Source: Fonticula alba ATCC 38817 (lineage: Eukaryota > Protista > Nucleariida). From it: 15,994 nt of DNA. The notes beneath the pieces are model-generated. The model saw only the letters and a program-made list of their open reading frames with translations, had not been told where the DNA came from and searched no databases. The position numbers were made by a program, and so were the translations under genes. Where the stretch lies: NCBI GenBank assembly GCA_000388065.2, contig KB932207.1; one strand, given 5' to 3'. Positions 1 through 9,272 of this stretch are shown here, in pieces (the stretch's first letter is position 1; every line of letters begins with the position of its first letter).

Positions 1-22
1 CGATTTCGGGAGCATCTAACAA

Positions 23-95
23 GACCACATGGTGAAGTGGATAACACGCTCGCCTCCGGAGCGAGAGATCCTGGGTTCGATCCCCAGTGTGGTTG
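23..95 (+). tRNA. tRNA-Arg(CCG): tRNA-Arg, anticodon CCG (intronless, 73 nt)
   Basis: Folded by hand. Acceptor stem GACCACA(23-29)/TGTGGTT(88-94); D-arm GTG..CAC with TGG in the loop; anticodon stem CTCGC(49-53)/GCGAG(61-65) with loop CT-CCG-GA (anticodon 56-58); 5-nt variable loop; T-arm CTGGG-TTCGATC-CCCAG; discriminator G95. A20 (Arg identity element) and G37 are present. Confidence 0.97.
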
Positions 96-99
96 CTTC

Positions 100-104
100 T
101 TTTT
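100..104 (+). terminator. RNA Pol III terminator (T5) of the tRNA gene
   Basis: TTTTT begins 5 nt after the discriminator base. A run of four or more T is the established Pol III termination signal. Confidence 0.85.
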
Positions 105-546
105 GCCCTTCGCGCGTCGGTGTTTTATCTCCCCCGGCTCTCGCTGGCCCGCCGCCACGGGTCTCTCAGGCCGCCGCGTGTGGGCGGGGGCCCCCCCCCC
201 CCCCGGGGGGCATGATGGCCTTGCGAGCGAGCACACACCCTGGGGGGAGGAGGGTGCTCTCCGGGGTGAAGCGTCGGCGAGACGTTCGGCCCCCGGCACG
301 AGGAGGTCCTCCTCCCGCATGGCGCTCTCGATCTTGCCCCTCCGTGTGGGGGTCATTCTTCTTTTTTTTTTTTTCGCCCTCCGGAGCGGGCTGCCGTGAC
401 GCACGCCGGCTGACGGGTTCCCGGGGCGCGGGGCATCGATGCTGCTCCGGGGGGCAGTGCGCGCCCGAGCGTCCATCCATTACCTCTCAGTGGTCGACTT
501 GGGCAGACACATTCACCTGTGTGCATGCAGATGCGCATGCGTGCCG

Positions 547-715
547 GCGTGTGTGTGTATGTGTGTGCATGTGCATGTGCATGTGCATGTGCATGTGCAT
601 GTGCGTGTATGTGTGCGTGTGTGCATGTACATGCGCATGTGCAAGTGCGTGTGCATGTGCGTGTGCATGTGCGTGTGCATGTGTGCGTGTGCATGCGCAT
701 GTGCATGTGCGTGTG
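547..715. repeat. Alternating purine-pyrimidine compound microsatellite (GT/GC/AT) with a (GTGCAT)6 core
   Basis: About 169 bp of R-Y alternation with one break (A at 644). Six exact GTGCAT copies at 565-600. A shorter similar patch lies at 518-544. Confidence 0.9.
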
Positions 716-836
716 GCCACACCCAGGCCGGTAGGCCCACCAAAGGCGCATACGCGAGCATCACACAGGCCTTCAGCACCGGGCCCGACAGCCAGCCACT
801 CGGCCCAGCCTCACACGCACCACCAGACAAGGGGCA

Positions 837-893
837 CACACATACACACAACAACAACACGAGGGGTGGGGGGGGATTACATGTTTTTGTATT
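837..893 (-). promoter_or_regulatory. Candidate poly(A) signal of the Sec7-GEF gene (AATACA plus downstream GU-rich element)
   Basis: Minus-strand AATACA at 893-888, about 200 nt after the stop, in a rare AT-rich patch. It is followed by GTGTTGTTGTTGTGTGTATGTG (about 860-837). Use of this signal in this organism is inferred. Confidence 0.4.
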
Positions 894-933
894 TCAAGAC
901 ACAAGGTACACAGGCAGAGCACCGGAGGGAGAT

Positions 934-975
934 ACACACACACAGAGAGAGAGAGAGGGAGGGAGAGAAACAGAG
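934..975. repeat. (CA)n/(GA)n compound microsatellite in the putative Sec7-GEF 3' UTR
   Basis: acacacacacagagagagagagagggagggagagaaacagaga, read directly. Confidence 0.8.
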
Positions 976-1088
976 AGGGGCAGGGATACCTCCTGACGGA
1001 GCCCGGCCCTCCTCCCCGCCACCACTGCCGGCCCAGGGAAGACACAGGCTTGCGGCAGGCGCCGCCTGTTCCCACGGGAATGGACGTG

Positions 1089-4000
1089 CTAATGGTCCTC
1101 GGTGCCGGCCGCACCGGCCGAAATGCCGACAAACACATCGACCGTCAGCAGGGCCCGGCCAAGCAGAGCCCGGAAGCGCGCCGGCAGAGGCACCGGCCCG
1201 GAGGCGTGCGGCGAGCCGGGCGACGAGTCGCCCGTCGCCGACTGGCTCCCCGACCCGGAGGCCGCGCCGGCCGAGTCCCCATGCGCCAGGGTCCACTCGG
1301 AGTCGCAGCCCACCAGACGCACCAGCGGCCGGTACAGCCGGGCCACATGGGCACGGAAGAAGGTGCGCCCCGTGCGCGGGGCATCCTCCGCCATGGAGCC
1401 GGCCCCGGCCTCCGAAGACGTCTCAGCCCCGGCAAGCAGGAAATCCAGCACCTGCTGAATCATGATCGGCGCCAGGGCCGCGGCTTCGCGACGCATGGCC
1501 GCCAGGATGCCCGACCGGCTGAGCGGCCCCCCGGGAATGGACCCCTGCAGGCCACTGGTGAGGTACTGCTGCGCCGGGGTGGTCCGGTGAAGCTGGCAAT
1601 AGCGCTCCAGCAGGTCCACCATCAGGTCAATGAGCAGCCGATCCACCTCGGCCCAAAGGCATGGGGCATCGCCGGTGTCCGGCTGGGTGAGGGCCAGCCC
1701 CAGGCGCCGGTCGCGCAGTGGCCCATCCAGCCACAGACGCTGCAGCAGGGCCAGGAGCTCGGAATTGACCGCAATGTCCTGGTCCAGCAGCGAGGGCAGG
1801 CGAATGCGCGCGCTGGCCGCCGGCGAGGCGGGCGCCGACGCGCCGGCCCCCGGGACCCCGCCGCCCGGCGACCCCGGCGACCCGGTCCCCGGCAAGGCCC
1901 GCACCAGGCCATGCGCCTCCGACCGGGCATACTCGCTCAGCCACTGGCGAACCTCCTGCAGCGAGGTCACCAGGCAGAAGGCATTCGCCGTGCTGATGTG
2001 GTTCCACACCACGGCCCGGTCCGGCGACACGAAGACGTCCCCGATCGAGGCGACGATGTTGGACAGCCGGGCGCACGCGCGCTCGGCCGCCAGGAACCCG
2101 GCCCCGGCGCGCTGCTGCTCGACCCCGGCCGGATCCAGGGCCTGGACATCCGACGCAAAGGCACGCGTGGTCAACTCAATCTCGCGCTTGACTATCGGGG
2201 GGGGGGGGGGGAATGCCAAGCGCCGGCCACACCGACACATGGGGTGGCATGGCAGCAGGGGGGTTAGTGGGTCGGCGTTTTTTTTTCCCCCCTTCCAATA
2301 CCCCCCCTCACAAGGCCACAAGCGGGAAATGGCGGAAAGGAAAAAAAAAAAAACAACAAAAAACAACACACGGGAAGATGCCCCGGCATCGGGCACGCAC
2401 CCCATGACACCTGCGACAGCACACGCGGAGTGTTGTCCAGCAGCCAGTGGCACACGCCGCCCCACGACCCGGCTCCCCAGGGCTGGATGGCGATGGCCCA
2501 CATGCCGGAGGAGAAGTCCTGCGCATGGCGGTGGACGATGCCGGCCCAAATGTCGCACGCAAAGCGCGCCGACTGGGTGCTCACCGCCCCGCAGGAGGCA
2601 CTGGCCGACCGGGAAAGCGCACGCATGATCGGCCGGAAGAGCACCTCCCCGAGAGTCGGCCGGTCGGCATCCACCACCAGGGACATGTCCACCAGGTGCG
2701 CCACCCCGGTGGCCCCATGTGGATTGTCGGCCGGCGCCAGGCGGAAGGCCCGATCACACAGGCCGGGGTCCGAGCGCAGCCGCAGGGTAAAGTGCCCGGC
2801 CAGCAGCTCCTGCAGGCAGCGCAACAGATACATGAAGGTCATGCTCTGCCACTCGATGTCGAAGTTCTTGGCCGCGTCGGCCAGCTGGCTTGACAGCCCG
2901 GACAGGTGGTAGAGGTTCGGCTCGCTCGGGGCCGACACCGCGGTGGCCGCGCTGCTGCCGGACCCCACCAGCGGCGAGGCCGCACCCGACCCGGGGCCGC
3001 CATGGGTGCGGAAGGCCACCGTCGAGGTGTTCAGGCACCGGATGGGCACCCCGGCCGCGAGGCAGATTTCCCGCGCCAAACGATCCGCACTGTCTTCGGC
3101 GATGTCGGCCCCGCACGGGGCCGGGGGGTGGGAGGCCCCGGCCGCCGCCGGCGCCGCCGCCACCGGCCCGCCGCCATGCCGGCCCGGCGGGTCCAACGAC
3201 CACAAAGCCGGCCGGATGAGCGGCAGAATGATGGCACGCATGACCACCGACCAGAAGCCGGCGGAGAAGTCCTCCGCATGCTTCTTCAGCAGGCCGAAGA
3301 GCGCATGTGCGGCCTTGGTCCGGGGATCGGCCTCCCCGCGGCGGACCACGCGCGTGAGCGCCGCCAGCAGCGGCAGCCAGAAGCACACCGCCCGGCTGAA
3401 GGCCGACAGGTCGGCATCCCCGCCATCGGCCGCGCCGGGCGCCGCCGCCGCCGCCATGGCGGCGGCGGCGGCGGCGGCCGTCGCCTCGGCCAGCGCCTGA
3501 TCCCGATGCACGGGCGAGCGCAGGAGGAACCCACTGCCGGAGAGATTGCACGCCAGCGCCGGCAGGCTGGCCGCCCCGGCCATGGCCCACTCCTGCCGAG
3601 CGGCATCGATGTTGGCAATGTGCACGGAGATCTGCCGGAACAGGCCGATGGCATTCAGGGCCAGTGCGTCGTAATTGCCGGACAGGACGCCAACCGAGCC
3701 GGACCTCGCGGCCAGCGAGTCGGTCAGGGCCCCGGGCGTGGCGAAGGCCGTCAGGGCCGACAGCAGCACGGTGTACTGGTGGCGTTGGGGGGCATTCGAG
3801 GCGCCGGTGACCACGCCGAGGAAATGCCGCTGCACGGCCAGGCTCAGCCCGGCATGGGCGGACTTGAAGATGTTGACTGGTGTGCCAGGGTGGATGGTTA
3901 GTCGGGGACCGGGGCCATGTCGGGCACCAGGGGGTTGCGGCAGCCCGGAGCGGGGGGTGGGGGGGGGGGGGGGGACAAAAGGCGCGACAAGGCCCAGGGG

Positions 4001-5605
4001 GGAGAGAACGAGCAGGGGGAGGGGCAAAAAAAAAGGAACAGAAAAACAGGCTGGCTGCCCACAGGCCTGCCAGCAGCATTGGGTCTCCCGCCCCCCCCCC
4101 TGTGCAGTTGGACACGCACAGGAACGCTCGCGCGAGCAGGCGCGCAGGATGGCCAAAATTGGCACCCACGCGCCGGTCATCTGCTCGCCATACGACCGAA
4201 TCAACTGGCAAATGCACTCGACGACGATCTCCTTCAGGTCCACTGGCATCGACCCGCCAGGCAGCGCATCGTCGATGTAGTCGAACTTGGCAAGCGGGTC
4301 GGCTTCATGATCGCGCGTGGGCGAGTCGATGTCCGCCGGGGAGAGCAGCCCCGAGTCCGAATCCACGGCCAGGGCCCCGGCCCCCGGCCCGGAGAAGGCC
4401 GCCGCCGCCAGCGACGACAGCGACGAGTAGGCCAGCTGGCCGTGCGCCGCCGGGCGATAGTGCAGCGGCTGGCCGCTGACCGCCGTGGCCGACAGGTCGT
4501 CCCCCTCCGAGGGGGACTCCAGCGCGAGACGGCCCCCGCCGGAGGGGTTCAACAGCGACCCGGCCGTGGAGAAGGGCAGCCGGTAAAGGAAGGCATTGGC
4601 AAAGGGAGCCAGCAGCTGGCCCTGGAAGCCACCCAGGGCCAAGTCCGCCTGGATGAACCCCGGCAGGGTGGCCAGATCGGCGGCGGCACCGGTGCCGGTG
4701 ATCGGAGCGACACTTCCCCCGGGGGAGGCCGCCGCCCCGCGCGCCAGGAAGCCGGCCACCTCCTGGGCCAGGGCCGACTCGCTGCCGGCCAATTCCGCGG
4801 CCATGGCGGCCAGGGCCGACTCGCCGGCCACGAAGTCCGTGGCCGAGGCCATGGCCGCCGGGAAGAGGCCCGCCTCGCGCGGCAGGAGCTTGGTCGCCAG
4901 GCGCCGGAGGCTGTCCACCAGCAGGTGGGCCACCGTTCGAGCACGAGCGGCCAGCAGCCGGGCCGCCTGGATGGCGGTCGGCGGAGGACCGGCCGTGGCC
5001 GCCGCCGCCGCCGCATTGCGACCGACCGTGCCACCGGCATTTCGGCCAAGGGTCCCGCCGGAGCGACTGCCAGAGGTGGGCCCGGCGGCCGGCTCCGGCG
5101 GAGGCGGCGTGCTGATGCCCGTCTGCACCACCACCGTCAGGGCCGTGACAATGGACCGCTCAAAGTGCAAGCCGATCGGCTTCCACAAGCTGCGCCAGGC
5201 ACCGGTGGGGTCCCAGGCGCCGGTGGCCGGGAAGGCCGGGGCCGGGGTCGCCCCGCGTAGGGCCACCGCCGCCGGGACCGGCACCTGCTGCGACCGAGCC
5301 GACTCGCCGGTGACCATGCTCCGCGCCAGGAGGTTGTTCAGGGCCAGGATGACCACATTCTCCAGCGACAGGAGCGACAGCGGAACCGCCTCCGGGGCCG
5401 ACAGCGAGACCTCCTGCCGGGTGAGGGTCAGCACGTCGTCGATTTCGAGCTTCGACACGCGAATCATGCTGTTGAACAGCATCTCCACGGCCGGCTGCCG
5501 GGAGATGAGCCGCCGCCGAGAGGAGGGCAGAGGGGAGGGGGGGGGGTCGGGCATTCCGGGGTCAGTCCATCACCAAGACCCGTTGGCACCAACCGGGCCA
5601 TCGGG

Positions 5606-5656
<51 letters not shown>

Positions 5657-8600
5657 GGGGCAGGCGGAGAAAGGCGCGACCGGCCAGCAGGAGGAAAGAC
5701 AAGCAGCCGAACACACGCACCATCGAGAGGGACACACTGTTGGAGAGGAACTTGTCCGAGGCCAGGCCCAGGTCGTCCAGAAGGGCCTCCTCGGCCGGCA
5801 CATCGCCCAAGGCCAATGGCGTCTGGCGAGCAACCAGCTGGTTCTGCGAGCGGTTGATGAACCGCAGCGCGGCCGACAGGCACATGGCGATGAAGCGCCA
5901 CTCCAGCTGGTCCAGGTAATTGCCGGCCAACTCGGCGCGAGCGCAATCCAGCAGGGCAATCAGAGCCCGGGCATTGCGGACGCCGAGGTTCGTCGGGGTG
6001 AAGGGGCGCTTGGGCCGGCGCCGGGCCACGGTGGCGGGGGTGCCTGCCCCCGGGGCAGAGGCCGTCCGCTGGGCCACTGGCGTCGAGGGGGCACCGCTGG
6101 CCACCGGCGGCGTGAACAGCGCCGACAGGGTGCGCGGCGCGGCACTGTCCACCGGCGCCGCGGCCCCGGCCGCCGGGGCCTGCTGCGATGCGAGGGCCTG
6201 ATCCATGGACCCGGTGAAGGAGGCGCGATCCGGCGACTTGGCATCGCCATTGGCCCCGACCTCGGGGCCGAAGTCCCCCCCGGTGGGCGACTCGGCGGTG
6301 GTCACATCCAGATGGTCCTCCTCGGCCGGCGCATGGGCGGTGGGCGACTCGCCGCCGATCGAGTTGGCCAGCGAGATCGTGTCGGCCTCATGGTCATGCG
6401 AGGAGGACCCCACCGACGCGAGGGACGTGCGAGAGGCACTGTCAACGACCGAGGCGGCTGGCGGCCCGGCCGCCGGGTCCGACGACTGGGCCGGGTGCTC
6501 CGGGGTCGAGGTCGACGAGGACAGGACAGCCGGCGAGGTGGCGGCGGCGGCGGCGGCTGCCACGGCGGCGGCGGCACCCGGCGGAGCCGGCGGCAGTCCG
6601 GCCGCCGGGGCGCCCTGAGCGGCCGGCATGGTGGCCACCGCCTGCTGCAGCGCCGGCAAGCAGCCCGTAGCCCCGGCCAGGGCGCGGATCCACGATGCCA
6701 GGCTCACATGCAGGCCATTGTGAGCGGACAGCTGAATGGCCAGCGTGGACATGGAGAAGGCCATGGAGGAGGCCGCCTCATTCAGGGCGCACAGGGCCTC
6801 GGAGCCGGAGACCGGCGCGCCGCGCTGGCTCAGCCCGTCGCCCAGCAGCTCCGCCGGCCACATGCCCTCCAGAAGCACGGCTCCCGTGGGATCCGGCCCG
6901 GCAGCGGGCAGAGCCAGGAAGGAAGACTGGGGCGGCAGGACGCCACACCCGACATACGCCACCCGGAGGAGGCTCGGCCAAATGAAGTCCAACATGTCCC
7001 GCGCAAAGAGCGGATCGGCGGCCGCGCGCGGCGGGGCGCCCGCCTCGGCCGAGGAGGTGATGTCTGCGTCATTGCCGATGGATGGACGGGCACGTCAGCC
7101 GGGAGCAAGGGGGGAACAGCGAGGAGCCAACGTGAAGAGGGCATGGGCGGGGGCGGAAGGCGGAGGACCAAGCGGCGGAGAGGCAGGCCCGAGGCCGGCG
7201 CAAAGGCCCGGGCCCCTCCGTGCGCGCGTGCATGCATGTGTATGTGGCTGGCCTGCCGAGGGGCAGCGGGTCAGATGCACGTACCCAGATGTGTGGTGGC
7301 CGGCTCCATGACGATCTCACGCTGGCGGATGTCCTGGTACACCTCCTCCAGGAACCAGCTCGGCAGGTCCGTGCCGCCGGTGTTGATGCCGCGGTTGTTC
7401 CGGATGAACTCGTCCAGGGACATGCGCTTCTTCACCTGGCGACTGTGCAGGTCGACATTCAGCATGATGACACTGAAGGCCAGGATGTAGGCCGCATCAT
7501 TGGAGTTGATGGCCGACGCCCGGCCGGCCGGGGTCCCGGGGCGCGCCTCGGCCGCCAGCTCCTTGGCCAGGGCCGCATTCGAGGAGTAATATTGCTCGGC
7601 GAAGGCCAGCATGATGCGATCAATGCGCTGGGCCTCGCCCGGCAGGCGGAAGGGCTGCAGGAAGCCGCGCAGGGCATCCACAAAGGGAACTCCACTCATG
7701 GAGGGGGTCTGGTCCGCGACAAAGGCCCCGAGCAGGCCGCCGAGGGCCGGCGACGCGTCACTCAGCAGCTCGCCGAGCACCCGCTTGCACAGGGCCGACG
7801 CCGCACCACCGACACCCTGGACATAGCGCGGAGCGCAGCCATTGCCGGCCGCCGCGCGGGACAGGAACTCCGCGAAGCCGCGCGGGTCTTCCGACACCGG
7901 GGCCAGCAGAGCCCGGCCATCCGGGTACGAAGGCCGGGTCAGGGCCGCCAGCCCGCGCGATTGGGACCGATTCAGCACCCCCACCGCGGCCAGCAGGCGT
8001 CGCTTGCGATCGAAGGCCGCCGCGAGCTGGGCCGCAGGGGCCGCCGACGCACTCGGGGCGATGCCGGCCTCCAGGTCCTGGAACTGCCGGCGCTGCCACA
8101 CGGCCAGCGCCGAAACAAGGGCAACCAGACATTCGACCGCGCGCAGGCGCAAGTGGGTGCCCTCGGTGGCGGCCGCGCCGGCCGCCTGCACCAGCAGCTG
8201 AACCTGCGAGGCAGTCAGCTCCTCACCGGCATGCGGATGGTCATCATGCTCGGAGGCGGAGGCGGAGGCGCTGGCCGGGGGAGCGGCCGCCGCCGCGGCG
8301 GCCGCCGCTTCGGCGGCGACATTCTGCGATGCCGTGCGACCGGTCAGGCGGAGGGACCCCCCCGGGCCGGAAGCCGCGCCGCCCGAGCCGGACTTGCCGT
8401 CGGCCGCGGCCATGGCCCGCAGGGACACCCCGGCCGGCGAGAGGCCCGCGCCGAAGAGACCACGCGCGGCCACATTCCGGCCGAGGTCGCCGAGGGCCAC
8501 CCCGCGCAGGATGAGAACCAGGCGCGAGAAAACCAACGAGTCGGCGGCCATCAGCCGATCGCTGCAATCGAAGTTGGCATAGAAATCCACCAGGCGCCCG

Positions 8601-8807
8601 GGCCAGGCGTAGATCACCAAAAACAGCGAGTCCAGGATGGCCCGGCGCAGGGGGGCCGGCGGGCTGCGCCATGTGGTCAACGGCGCAAAGAGCAGATGCG
8701 AAAAGAGCGCACGGCAGGGGTCCTACAGGGTTATGGTGGCCGGCCGGGAAGGGCGCGGCAAGCGGGTCCCCCGTCCCGAGAGCAAGGCATGTGTGAGCGT
8801 GGGTGCG

Positions 8808-8842
<35 letters not shown>

Positions 8843-8937
8843 GCAAGAAAGAACAGGGCCATCATTTTTTATTCCCATAGAAAGTGAGTGGGACGCTACC
8901 AGCAGCGGCAGCTGTACTGGCATTGGCAGCCACACTC

Positions 8938-8977
<40 letters not shown>

Positions 8978-9235
8978 AGAGCCGGGAAAGGGGCACCAAC
9001 AAAAAGATAACGCACAGGAAGAAGGACACCTGCCGAGCCATCAGCTGGCCCTTCTGGTTTTGTAGGCCCTCCTTCATGCCCGAGCGGTCCCTAACCAGTA
9101 GGATGATTCCGGGTATAGCTTGGGTCGAAGCGTGGCGCCTGTGGGGTAAGAGTGGGGCCGTGAGAGCCGTGGTGCAGGAAGAGTGGGGGCTGGTCGATCG
9201 AGAGACGCGGGCGGGCCAGCCTTGGGCGGGCGGGG

Positions 9236-9272
<37 letters not shown>

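Noticed and set aside
106-510. Possible ncRNA or gene fragment downstream of the tRNA (C/G runs at 184-210, T-run at 362-374)
   Set aside because: No recognisable fold, promoter boxes or protein motif. The pairing potential is explained by GC homopolymers.
29-1465. 478-aa plus-strand ORF and the His/Ala/Cys-rich ORFs over 350-1000
   Set aside because: They begin inside the tRNA or are translations of the RY microsatellite (HAHAH, CVCMC). There is no coherent domain.
4596-7490. 964-aa plus-strand ORF and other long antisense ORFs (1630-2628, 3917-5260, 7220-8887, 9329-10966, 12203-14782)
   Set aside because: Antisense shadows of GC-rich coding exons, where stop codons are rare. They read through intronic G-runs as poly-Gly and show no family motifs.
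8938-8977. CRISPR-like or telomeric array
   Set aside because: Simple hexamer repeat with no spacers, not a known telomere motif, and in a eukaryotic intron.
9016-9138. Constitutive coding exon in intron 4 (RHASTQAIPGIILL... frame)
   Set aside because: It needs a phase-2 donor in exon 4 that only weak sites provide, and homology is gap-free without it. Kept only as a cryptic or terminal exon hypothesis.
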